This document shows, one piece after another, positions 36,770 to 48,300 of a DNA stretch of 64,000 nt; the first letter of the stretch is position 1; each line of letters starts with the position of its first letter. The stretch lies in the NCBI GenBank assembly GCA_964106645.2, contig OZ067043.1; one strand, 5' to 3'. Source of the DNA: Podarcis pityusensis (Eukaryota). A program made the translations under genes and the position numbers. Under the pieces are notes generated by a model. It was not told where the DNA came from and searched no databases. It saw only the letters and a list, made by a program, of their open reading frames with translations.

Positions 36770-37253
36770 CTGTCAGTCAAATACAAAAAAGATATGCAAA
36801 AATAGTTCCTTGCTGTCTAGGGAAACCACAACGCAAGGGAATAACAGTACACTCTGCAAGTAACACCAAAGCATAGTTTGGAGCTCTGTGGATGAGCTTC
36901 AACAAGGACAAGTAAAACACCAAGCTTGAACACTTCCCGCTTCCTTCTCCTCCTCCCACAAGACTAGGAGGAATACTTCTGCCAAGCTGAGTTTCCCTTT
37001 TAAACAATTTCCAGTTACCATTATGTGCAAACCAGGGTTCCTGGTTCAAAACAATGATAAGTTAAACCAACCAGCTTCATGGCCTATGGTTTGAAATTAG
37101 CTTGTTTAGTGACAAACCATATTTTGTTTTAAACCAGGAGCCCTGCTACATATGTAGCAAACACTAAAGCAAGGTTCTTTGAAAGCCAAACTAAACTCAG
37201 CAGATGTCCTCAGCAGAGCGACTCAAGGCTGACGGACACATGCTCATTATTAC

Positions 37254-37337
37254 CCCTTTAAGCACTTCTTCCATGTGGTCCCGGAACTGCATAAACAAGT
37301 TGATCTTCCAGCTGGTGTTGCAGTTGACAGAATTCAC
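37254..37337 (-). CDS. ITPR3: ITPR3 exon 7 (84 nt)
   Basis: [28 protein letters not shown]; ag / gtaata. Confidence 0.94.
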
Positions 37338-37385
37338 CTAGGAAAACAATGAGCTATTAGAAGATCCACATGCTACACACGACTA

Positions 37386-37769
37386 AGGTAAAAGGTAAAA
37401 GACCCCTGGACGGTTAAGTCCAATCAAAGACGACTAGGGGGTTGCGGCGCTCATTTAACTTTCAGACTGAGGAAGCCGGCGTTTGTCCACAAACAGCTTT
37501 CCGGGTCATGTGGCCACCATGAATAAACTGCTTCTGGCTCAATGAAACACCATGACGGAAACCAGAGCGCACAGAAACGCCGTTTACCTTCCCGCCACAG
37601 CGGTACCTATTTATCTACTTGCACTGGCATGCTTTTGAACTGCTAGGTTGGCAGGAGCTGGGACAGAGCAACGGGAGCTCACTCCGTTGCAGGGATTCAA
37701 ACCGCCAACCTTCTGATGGGCAAGCCCAAGAGGCTCAGTGGTTTAGACCACAGCAGCACCCACACCTGT
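37386..37769 (-). mobile_element. Sauria-type SINE
   Basis: Homologous to 7521-7905; TSD tacac(a/g)cgacta (37374-37385 and 37770-37781). Confidence 0.88.
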
Positions 37770-37896
37770 TACACGCGACTAGCCCCAAATTAAATCCTAT
37801 AAGCAGGGGGGGTGGATCTAAAATAGCAATCTAGCTCAGGCCACTGTCATTAACACCCCATATTCACACCACTTCCCTTCTCCTAATTCCTGGTAC

Positions 37897-37995
37897 CTCT
37901 TTGCATCCTGGGTTATCAGCGAGTTCATAGTTGCTGGCATGTAGTGGCTGCCCAGCATTCACAGGATTCAGAATCACTTTGTCTCCAACAACTAC
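37897..37995 (-). CDS. ITPR3: ITPR3 exon 6 (99 nt)
   Basis: [33 protein letters not shown]; ag / gtacca. Confidence 0.94.
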
Positions 37996-39257
37996 CTGAG
38001 GAAGGATGTCATAATAGTTAGGACAGCAGTTCCAAAGCCTCTCCACCCCCCACCGGACCACTTAAATGTTGCTGAGGACCTTGACAGATCATTTAATGAT
38101 TCTTTCCTGCCTGCTGTAGCAACTGTAATGCACTGCGCTAGATGCTGTAGGATTTTTTATTTTATTTTTAGCACTTCTTTGATGTCTTATATTGTATGTA
38201 GGTTACTGTCTTGGAGTTGGAACGCTGTAGAATTCAACATGTAAGTGTTCTTCAGACACACCATGGACAACCTGGATAAAGCAGACTACTGGTAGTCTGT
38301 GGACCACAGTCTGCTAATCTCGGAGTTAGCAAGCATTGGCCTGAAGTATGGAAGGTCCCCTAAAATATCTCAAGTGAGCATGAAGAAAATGTGGCAATTG
38401 AGGAACTGGCAGCACAAGTCTATGCATGTCTACTCAAAGATAAGTCCCAAGGAGCACAATGAGGCTTACTTCCAGGTAACTAAGTGTAAGATTGCAGCCA
38501 ACAAACCCCACATTTCCTGCCAAATCTTTAGTTATCTGTTTGAATTGCAAATACATTTCTAATGGGGGGGAGCTGATTCGCATATGCATGCATATCACCC
38601 AGTAGCTCTTAAGTTGATACCTTACCATTCAATTACTTGCAACAACGTGAACCGCCTCTATCAAAAAGCACTTTGTGCGAGCTGATATGAAAACTCCGTC
38701 TGCAGCTGTTGCCACGCACACATAAATCATCATTTGACACTGCAGCCACGGAGTAATAAAGAAGCATCTGTGAACTTGGCCCAATTATGTACTCCTTTCC
38801 ATGACACAGTACCCCCAAATCAATCTCTCCTTTAATAAATTTCAGGACACAAAATGTGCAAATATCTTTCCAGGAAATTAGGTCTGGGGCTGAGAATCCA
38901 CCCTGGGAGCTCAGTCACCAAATTCCTTGCACGTTTCAAGTCAAGTTGCTGCCCCTCTCAGAGATTTCTCCTTCTTAAAAGTGGCACCTGCTCCACCGGG
39001 AAGTTGACAGTCTTAAAACCATCTCAGCTTGTAAAGCCTTTGGAGATCTATAGCTTACAGCAGGGATAGCAAACAAGGTGACCTCTAGATGTTGTTGGAC
39101 TATCAACGCCCATCAACCCCAGAAAGCATGGCCATGGATAGGGATGATGGGAGTTGTAGTCCAGCCACATCTGGGGGGTACCACATGGCCTAAAGCTTAT
39201 AGCAGTATTACTGGGAAGAGTCACATATTATTTTCTGCCTCCCCATAACGCACTCAC

Positions 39258-39416
39258 ATTATCTCCATTGCTCCTCAGTTTCCAGAAGGGCTGAATGAAG
39301 AGCCAGGAGCCTTCATTGCCTGTGGCATCGAGCGTCACCCTCATGGCATTCTTCTCCAATAAGGCAGGGAGGCGCTTGTTAACGGTCAGGTATTTATTAC
39401 TCTTCATGTGGAGAAG
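39258..39416 (-). CDS. ITPR3: ITPR3 exon 5 (159 nt)
   Basis: [26 protein letters not shown]...WKLRSNGDN; ag / gtgagt. Confidence 0.95.
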
Positions 39417-39879
39417 CTGGAAAACCAAACACAAAGCAGGACAGTTGCTACCTGGAACCTTGTGCGGTACTCAGTTACACAGAGTGCTTGAGAAGAACTT
39501 AGGCCACACTCACAAAATATGTTAAAAGCACTATGATAACACTTTAATCCATCAAGGCTCCTCCCTACCCAATAATTCTGGGAGCTGTAGTTCATTAAGG
39601 GTGCTGAGAGTTGATAGGAGACCCCTACATCCCTCCCAGAACTACAATTCCCAGACTGGCTTAACAATCAATCGCTCTTCCCAGGGAACTCAGAGCAAAA
39701 ATGTAGGATCAGAAATATAAGAGCCCTGCTGAATCAGACCAGTCCAATTCTGCTTCCCACAGTAGGCAACCCAATGCCACTGGGAAGCCCAAAGGCAGGA
39801 GATGAGGGCAATTGCTCTCTTTCTCACTGTTGTTGTTCACCAATAAATAAAATAGATATTCAGGGCATGCCGCCTCATG

Positions 39880-40127
39880 ACCAGTGTGGTGTAGTGGTTA
39901 AGAGCGGTAGTCTTATAATCTGGGGAACCGGGTTCGCGTCTCCGCTCCTCCACATGCAGCTGCTGGGTGACCTTGGGCCAGTCACACTTCTTTGAAGTCT
40001 CTCAGCCCCACTCACCTCACAGAGTGTTTGTTGTGGGGGAGGAAGGGAAAGGAGAATGTTAGCCACTTTGAGACTAACTTTGAAAGGCGGGATATCAAAT
40101 CCAAACTCTTCTTCTTCTTCTTCTTCT
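39880..40127 (+). mobile_element. tRNA-derived CORE-type SINE with (CTT)n tail (Squam3-like)
   Basis: A box tggtgtagtggtt, B box ggttcgcgtct, CORE-like gggtgaccttgggccagtcac, (CTT)n tail; splits a CR1 remnant. Confidence 0.75.
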
Positions 40128-40509
40128 AACCAGCCTTACCCTCTAGGAAGTAATCTAATCTCCTTCCCAAGCCTTCTAAGTTGATGGTCATAACCACATA
40201 TTGTGGAAGTGAATGCCATCATTTCACTAAGCGCTGTGTGAGGAAATTCTTTTTTCTTTTCTTTTCTTTCCTGACTCTCCCAAGATTCAGCTCCCAGGTT
40301 CTAGTATTATGAGACTGGGAGAAAAACCTCTCTCAGTCCACATTTCCCCACACCATACATGCTTTTCCATATCCCTCCTCAATCACCATTTTTCTCTAAA
40401 CCTTTCTTTTCCTCGTAGGCCAGTTGCTTTGCCCGCCCCACTCCCAACAGCTTTGGGTTGCCTTTCCTTCACCTTTTCCAGTGCTCAGGAGAAAGGCAAC
40501 CTTCCATAC

Positions 40510-40596
40510 CTGTATGACGCTTCCATACTTCACCACGTCCCCATGCACCTTCTTATTCTCGGTTTCGTTCTGCTTCTGCTCCATCTGTGCAGCATG
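40510..40596 (-). CDS. ITPR3: ITPR3 exon 4 (87 nt)
   Basis: HAAQMEQKQNETENKKVHGDVVKYGSVIQ; ag / gtatgg. Confidence 0.95.
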
Positions 40597-43500
40597 CTGT
40601 ACAAAAACACAGACCATAGCAGAATGAATCCAAACCAGGAATGACAAAAAAAATAATAATGAAGGAAATACTTCAGAGCAAGAGTCAGAGCAAGAGTCAG
40701 GTGAACAAGCAGGCAGCTTGCAGTGATGAAGAGGAAGAGCAGGACCAGGGGGCTCTTGTCAGTGGGACCCCCACTGGGATGTAGGCCTCTGGCAGATGCC
40801 CGTCCATGTCAACCCTTCACACCAGCTCTGATGTCCATGACAACTGTGCTCTTCATCCCATGTGCTAGGTTCATGCCATTTTGCATACAACTGAACTGTT
40901 GAAATGAAATCAGTTCAGGGGAAATGTTCAAGGAAACTTCCCTTCAGCCTGTTAAGCTCTTTGCTACTTCTCAGTTCACTTCAGGATGATTGGGGATATA
41001 ACTGTAAGGACATTGCTGGTCGGATGAGTATCTGATAAAGGAGCGGTGAGGGTGGATTTCTGAGGTTGCCCTGCAGGAAAGAGAATTGCTTGCGCGGTGC
41101 AAGAGAACAGCCATTAGCCATGAGTCAACCACTTCAAGCCATGGAATAAAACCATCTTCCAAGTAGGTGGTGCCCTGACCACAAATCCACCTTGGCAGAG
41201 GCTGGCTCTTCTCGGATGCTTCACTGGCAATCCAAAGCCCTCAGAAACGCTGCTGCACTTTTTATTTAATTAAACCCTAATCTCTCCAAAACACAGGATT
41301 AATAGTTGACGCGGTTTCCAGTCTGGTAGCAAAGGGGAGGAAAGCAGAGCACGCACAGTTTGGGACAAGCCTGCCGCTCAGGAGAAATACCGGCAGCAAA
41401 AGGAACTGAAAGAAAAATAAGCAAATAACCCCTGAGGCTCCTGGGCTGGGTCAGAGTACAGGAAGTATGGGATGGAGCAGATAGTGAAACGGATCTAGGT
41501 ATGCAAGGCAAAGAAAAGTGTGCCTGACTGAACCTTCTGATCCTAGGAAGAAATCAGAAACAACAGCAAATGAAGGCACCATTTGAAATTCTCTCTGTGC
41601 TTCAGTGAAGTCCTTGCTCTTCCTGTAGCCCATAAAGGTTAAACTGGCACAATGGTCTGCATTCAGGGCTGTGCATATTCCCAATTCCACATAAGGGTAG
41701 AATTAGATACTAGATGCAAAATTCAGTTTTGTGAGACTTCTTGCTTGCTTGGCTTTTTTAAAATAAAATTATTTGTGGATACTTATTCGGAGATATACAA
41801 AAATACATAACAATTACAAAGTATCTTTTTATAATATACTAATATAAACCAGCTACTTGGTCTAAAATAGAACAAAGGAAGAAAGAAGAAAAGACAAGAA
41901 AAGGGGAAACCTAACGAAAGAGGAAAGGAGAGAGGAGAAAGAGGCATCTCCATTCTTTTTAGTTTGCTTGCTTTTTGAATGCAAGTTTTTAGCCTTAACA
42001 GCTATAAAAAAATATTTGGAAGCATGTCTTGTAGTCTAAACTAAACTAAAAACGTGACAGATTATTTCCACTCTTTGCAGAGAGAACTCAGTGACCTGCA
42101 GCTTCTTTCTCCAAACCATGACTGGAGAAAGTATAGTACAGCCTAGTTTGCATGTAACAGAAGCCAGAGTTAAAACAAACTATGGCTTGCCAGGAACAAT
42201 GAAGTGCCGCAGCACAGGTGCAAATTGAGCCCATCCACCCATCTCCACTCCAAACAAAAAAACAACAGGAGCCCCTGGCTAGCATTATTGGAAGCCAGCC
42301 CTTAGCATCTGCCTAGGGTAGAGCTTTTAAAAAGACACAATTATATTTTTGAACCAACAGAGCTATTTGCAGTTCCATTTCAATCTGGCTTCTAGCCTTA
42401 ATTCTGTGTCCAGATTGAATTTGTGTCAGAATTTTACTCTGCATCCAATGCAGTCTGGGAAGTGGTGTACGTACAATGTTAGCTACAATCTAGATCTGCC
42501 CTGTTGTTTCTTAGGAATTACAGTGTTTTGATGAGTTTTTCCCCGAGCTAGCTTCAATCCAAATTGAGAATAAGAATGACCTTAGCTGCATTTTAAGCTT
42601 AAAACGTGTACACAGTTTGGAGCAGCTTTGGTTTCCCTGCTTGATTACCTTTATTGGAAGCAAGGTGGGGGGAGTGTGACCTGGTTCCTCAACCTGGCAG
42701 ATTTTGTTACCATGGGTCATGGTGTCCTTTTACATCAGCTCCAAGGGTTGGACATATGGGAACTCTGCTTTGCCATGGTTCCTAGAGCCCTTGAGAGCCC
42801 TTCCCAGAGTTGGGTCAGCAAAGCAGAGGACTCAAAAAGCTCTTTCAGTGGCACAGTTTCCCCACTCTCCATTCATTCATTCATTCATTCATTCAATCAT
42901 CCATATTGGGCATGCGCCTAAGGTTACGATCATGTAAGTAAATTATGCGTAAGTGGTGGACCCACCTTAAATAACTTTACTGGTTCTTAGACAGAGCACA
43001 GCTGGAGGAATAACCTTTGTGGCAAGGAATCACCAATCAACAAGTAAGCAGGTAAAGGATCCCATTTTCAGCAGGCTAGGCTAGGAGTGGAGCTTGAACT
43101 GAGCAAGCACAGTGCATAGGGGAACCCGCAGCCCACACGGGAACAGATATTCCCATGTGGAAGCCTGCAAACCACATGGTAAAGGAGGAGGATTTTGTGC
43201 ATTTATTTACTTTTAATATGAATCAATGTTATTTCTAAAAAACCTCACCCACCGAAAAACCTGCGCCCACAATAAAAAATCACAGTGCCATTTAATTGTT
43301 TGTTAATCTCTCGTCTTAATTTTGCAATGACCGGTATTGCATGTTAAGATTATTTGTTACTTTAGTATTTTATCTGCTCCTGACTTGTAGCTGTATTTGT
43401 TGTTTTAGTGATTGTTGTATACCTCGCCTTGAAATGGTTGGACAGAGAGCAAGATATAAATATTTTCCAAAATAAATAAATTAGCAAACAATGGCATAAC

Positions 43501-44972
43501 CAGTAGGGATCAGGAAATAGCCAAGGACTGAATAAAAACAGCCTCTATCTCTATCCCACCTACCGCACCAGCCAAACAATTCAAAGAGCCTTCATAAATA
43601 ATAATTTAAAACAAACAAAAAAGTCTTCTAAGGCTCAGAAGGGAGTTGGTCAGCTAAGGTGTTCCATATGAAAGGCCCAAAATCAGAAGGGGGAAGCTCT
43701 AAAGGATGTTGCTGTTCCTGCCTGAACATCAGATAACAAGGGCTCAGAACGCAGGGTCTCACCTAGGCTCAACATGGGAAGGAGGACAGGAATTCCTTCT
43801 GGTCACCCTAATGGAGCATAACAGAGTCAATCAGGATGCTTAAAGATGGGTTACTATTTCACCAAAGCCACCAAAATGAATTTAGACTGCAACCCAATAC
43901 ACAGTTTAATGGGATTTGTGTACTGAACTCACTGAGACTTGATGCTGAGTACACACGTGCAAAACTTTGCTGCAAGGCTGGCTCTGATGGTGCCATTCAA
44001 CTTCAAATATTTGGGAGAATTGCCCCAGCAAAATTCAGATTGTTCTTTAAAAAAAAGTGAGACTGGATTTCCGTTCTTTCTGTTTCTATTTTAGAAAATC
44101 ATTTCCTCTGATTGAAATACAGTTATAAGCCTAACCTGGTCAGTGGGGGAGGGGGAAGGATGTCCTTGAAAAATGAAAACAGGCCTCGTTTTTTAAAAGT
44201 TGTCTGCAACAAGGCTGCATTGTAGCCTCAAAACACACAAGCACTTTTGAAGAATCAGGAATGCTGGAGCTGGTTTTTCTGCCTCTGTTTTAAATCTTTT
44301 TTTCTGTTGTGGGTTATTTTGTTTGGGTGTTGGACTTGCATTTTTGCTTTGCTCTTTCTATTTATTGTTTTGCTGGGGACACTCCTCAGAAATTATGGCT
44401 GAGCGGCAGCATATCAATGCGTTACATAAATGCCTCGGCTGGGAGAGGTGAGGAACAATGGAGCCAAGCTACGCCTCTCCTTGCACAGAAAATCTACTTC
44501 CATTATATTTCAAATATTAATTTTCTCATTTGTCTCCATGTAGGCTAACCACAATTGTTGATGGTGTGAATCACTCTTAGAATCTCATTACACAAGGTGG
44601 GGGGGAGGCACTGGACGTGATCCAGGGAACCAGAAGAACAGCTGGGTCTCATTATACTGGGGGGGGGGGGTTTAAAATAAGGCAGTGCAAATACAAGCCC
44701 TTCTATAGTCAGGACAGTATGCATTTCCCAGCTGCACAATGCACACATGCAGGAATGGTTCTGAGCACAGAATTCATCATCCCGAGAATCGCAGCTTTCT
44801 TTCTTTTTTAAAGAAAGTGTTAATGCCATAAAGCAGTGAAGATAAATTTGGAGGATTGCTACTATTATTATTTTTACTATTATTATTATTTTCTTCCCAG
44901 GGTGGGTTATAGCAATTTAAAAATACAATATTAAAAACAATTTACTATCACAAGAATAGAGTGTATCTCATA

Positions 44973-45157
44973 NNNNNNNNNNNNNNNNNNNNNNNNNNNN
45001 NNNNNNNNNNNNNNNNNNNNNNNNNNNNNNNNNNNNNNNNNNNNNNNNNNNNNNNNNNNNNNNNNNNNNNNNNNNNNNNNNNNNNNNNNNNNNNNNNNNN
45101 NNNNNNNNNNNNNNNNNNNNNNNNNNNNNNNNNNNNNNNNNNNNNNNNNNNNNNNNN
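44973..45157. other. Assembly gap (185 N)
   Basis: Run of N in intron 3; no conserved coding exon is missing from the reconstruction. Confidence 0.99.
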
Positions 45158-45496
45158 AAAGTTGCTAAATGAACCTCTGTGGGGAGGGAATTCCACAACT
45201 TGGGCATTGCCACAGAGAATCCCTTACCGCTGAGCTTCTGAGGGTGGCAGAAAAACCAAGAGGGTCCCCCCTTGAATTGGCTCTGTCTGTCATTGGCTCT
45301 GGCTCCCCCTACTGTTGGTCTGCCTGCCTTCCACCCTACCAATTCCAGGGGGGCAGCAGCCACCACTGCACCAGCAAGGATGATGCTGAGGGTAGACAAT
45401 ACAGCAAGGTCTCAAGCAAGAAGCAATGGAAAGGTTCTCCAGCCTTGCCAGATCAGAAAGAAATGTGGTTAATACGTTTTTTGGAGCTTGTCATAC

Positions 45497-45618
45497 CTGA
45501 AGTTTCTGCAGCAGTACCACATCGGCTATTTTGTCCTTGTCCTGTTTGGTTTGTTTGGCTTTCCAGTATTGTTTCTGGGCGGAGTAGCGGTTCATGGGAC
45601 ATACTCTAAAGAGGCAAT
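45497..45618 (-). CDS. ITPR3: ITPR3 exon 3 (122 nt)
   Basis: [41 protein letters not shown]; ttacag / gtatga. Not visible in the ORF track. Confidence 0.95.
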
Positions 45619-45638
45619 CTGTAACGAGAAGAAGTTAG

Positions 45639-45907
45639 TGTTAAGTTGTGGGTGAACATATCAGACGACACAGCGATTCTTCAAACAGCTCTTGTTTATT
45701 CACAGGCCAGAACAGAACTGAACTGAACTGAAGCGTTTAGCCAGCCTGCTTATATAGAGCTCCACTAGAACGCAACAGTAACCATTTTCTGTAACTATCC
45801 AATCACTGAACATCACTTTCGATCCCTTATTTGCATATGTAGACCTGAGTGAAAACTATCTACAGTATCCCCCTGCTGGCCCAGGGTGAGAACTTCAGTA
45901 CATAACA
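45639..45907 (-). mobile_element. Solo LTR, 269 bp
   Basis: TGTTA...TAACA termini; perfect 5-bp TSD gttag (45634-45638 and 45908-45912); on the minus strand, in order: ATGCAAAT, ATTGG, TATATAA, AATAAA. Confidence 0.85.
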
Positions 45908-47792
45908 GTTAGCAAGCGTTAGCATGCTAAAACCACAATTCATAAGAACATAAGATGAGCCTGCTGGATCAGGCCCATGGCCCATCTAGCGCATCCTGTT
46001 CTCACAGTGGCCAACCAATTGCCTGTGGGAAGTCTGAAAGAATTACATTCTTCTAACGCTCACCACTGATTATTAAGAGCTGCTGCTCACCAAATTATTC
46101 TCTTTCTACTAATGTTAACTTTCAGGTTAAATACGATGTAAATGTTACATATCTGAAAAGTCTGGAAAAGACAAGACTCGTAGCTGTGGGGGTCCACCTT
46201 CCCTTGTGTCACTGCTAGTGTCTAAGAGCTATGTGAGAATGCAAATCCTTCTACAGCTTTTAGATGCTAGAAAAAGAGGGACGTTTTTCATTATCGCCAT
46301 CTCTCCTGTAGCTCTCAAATGCTAGGAAAAGAGATTCTCATACATCTTTTAGGAAGCAATAGCAATTCCTGCAAATGTAATGGCATGTACAGCTTTTAGG
46401 CAAGGATGGAAAAGTTCTATTAAGCAGTAAGAATAATTCTTCTTCACATTTGACCCTGAACAAAATGCATTCTCAAAATAAAGGAGGGTTGAGAAAGAAT
46501 TAAAATCAGCCTTGCAATGTGTGAGCATTGGGCATTGGGGGCAGGGGGAAGAGTTGCACTGTGACCATTTTTTAAAAGGGGGAACTAGCAACCTTGTATT
46601 TAAAGGTAGATCTACCCTAGAAAGTTCTTTAAATTCCCCTGCTTTAAGATTAATCCAATCCTTGAGTGATATTTTTGCCCCACCCTGGCAAAACATGTGA
46701 AAATTGCTTTGAAAATTGGCCTAGCAGTGATTTCAATTGTTTGTTAGAAAGACAGTCCCAGGTGGATGGAACCAAAGTCCTTGATGGCTCTTAATTGCTC
46801 CTAAAATAGCACCACAGAAACTTCAGACACTAGAAGAAAATAATTTCCATTCTTGGATCCCGTCCCAAGTTGCTGGCAAACCTGCTGTCAGTTATTCATC
46901 AGAGAGTGATGAATAAGCAGGCGCAAAACATTATTCTCACCAGTTCTGGAAGCAAGCCATTTTTTGGTTGTCTCATCCCACACGACTGCTTCTGCTATTG
47001 GCAAGTCCCACACCAAGGACACCTCACCTCCCATGCCAGGGGAATTCCTTAGCACAGGGTTAATGCATTTGGTGACCCCCTTTCCCCCTCCCCCAGTTTT
47101 GCTGGACTCCCAACTCTCATTGTCCCCACACAGCATGGCTAACCATCAGGAATGCTGGGAGTTGCAATCCAATAGCATCTAGAGAGCATCATATTGGAAA
47201 CCCCCCACTTTAGCAGGTCCTGTCTCCTCCTCATGAATTAGGACCAGCTTCTCACAAACAGCAGACTGAGTGGTCAACCTCTGCCTGGTCTGTACTGTTC
47301 TACTGCTGGTAGGTGCTCATAGATGGACAAATGCCCAGATTCAATATTCACAAACAGACAAACCTCACACACAAATGCTTGTACATAGAAAACTACAGGG
47401 AGCTTCACACAAAACAACCTCTCATGTACTGAACATCTGTGTGAAGGGCCTGTGGGTTCTTACTGTCTCTCAGTACAAGAACTGATGTGCCCCAATGCGT
47501 CATCAATTGCCTGTGCTGGAGATTAATGGTACAATTTCTTGTTTTTCATACATTTTCTCCTCCATGTAACAAGTTGGGAGCCCATATATAGTTGCTATTG
47601 TCGATTTGACGTCTGAGGAAGGCCAGATAAGAGTAAGGACTGCATCAAAAAGTTTCAAAATTCCTACCTGGAAATCAACCCTGCACCCTCACCAAAGACC
47701 ATCACTTAAATAAAGAAGGGTTAACCCAGAGAATAAATGGAGCTTGAGGGTACAGCAATGCACTGGCGTCACCAGAGATCCAGCAAAAGGAA

Positions 47793-48300
47793 TGGATGTA
47801 GCTGAGTGGTAGAGCATCTGCTCTGTGTGCAGGTCTCTGGTTCAATCCCTGCCATCTCTGGGTAGGACTGGTAAAGGTAAAGGTAGGTAAAGGGACCCCT
47901 GACCATTAGGTCCAGTTGCGGATGACTCTGGGGTTGCGACACTCATCTCGCTTTATTGGCCGAGGCAGCCGGCGTACAGCTTCCGGGTCATGTGTCCAGC
48001 ATGACTAAGCCGCTTCTGGTGAACCAGAGCAGCGCACAGAAACGCCGTTTACCTTCCCACCGGAGTGGTACCTATTTATCTACTTGCACTTTGACATGCT
48101 TTCAAACTGCTAGGTGGGCAGGAGCAGGGACCGAGCAATGGGAGCTCACTCCGTTGTGGGGATTCGAACCGCTTACCTTCTGATCGGCAAGCCCTAGGCT
48201 CTGTGGTTTAACCCACAGCGCCACCCGCGTCCCTGGGTAGGACTGGTAAAGAACCCTAACTCAAACCCTGGCGAGCCACCGGCAGTCCGTGTAGACAATG
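47793..48300 (+). mobile_element. Older tRNA(Ala)-like SINE, split by the Sauria SINE
   Basis: gtagctgagtggtagagc...ggttcaatccctg head; body resumes after 48251. Confidence 0.7.
47877..48232 (-). mobile_element. Sauria-type SINE nested in an older tRNA-derived SINE
   Basis: Homologous to the other copies; perfect 19-bp TSD ctgggtaggactggtaaag (47858-47876 and 48233-48251). Confidence 0.9.

Noticed and set aside
44948-45399. ORFs across the N run, and a possible exon hidden in the gap
   Set aside because: The ORFs are gap artefacts; exons 3 and 4 join in frame with nothing missing
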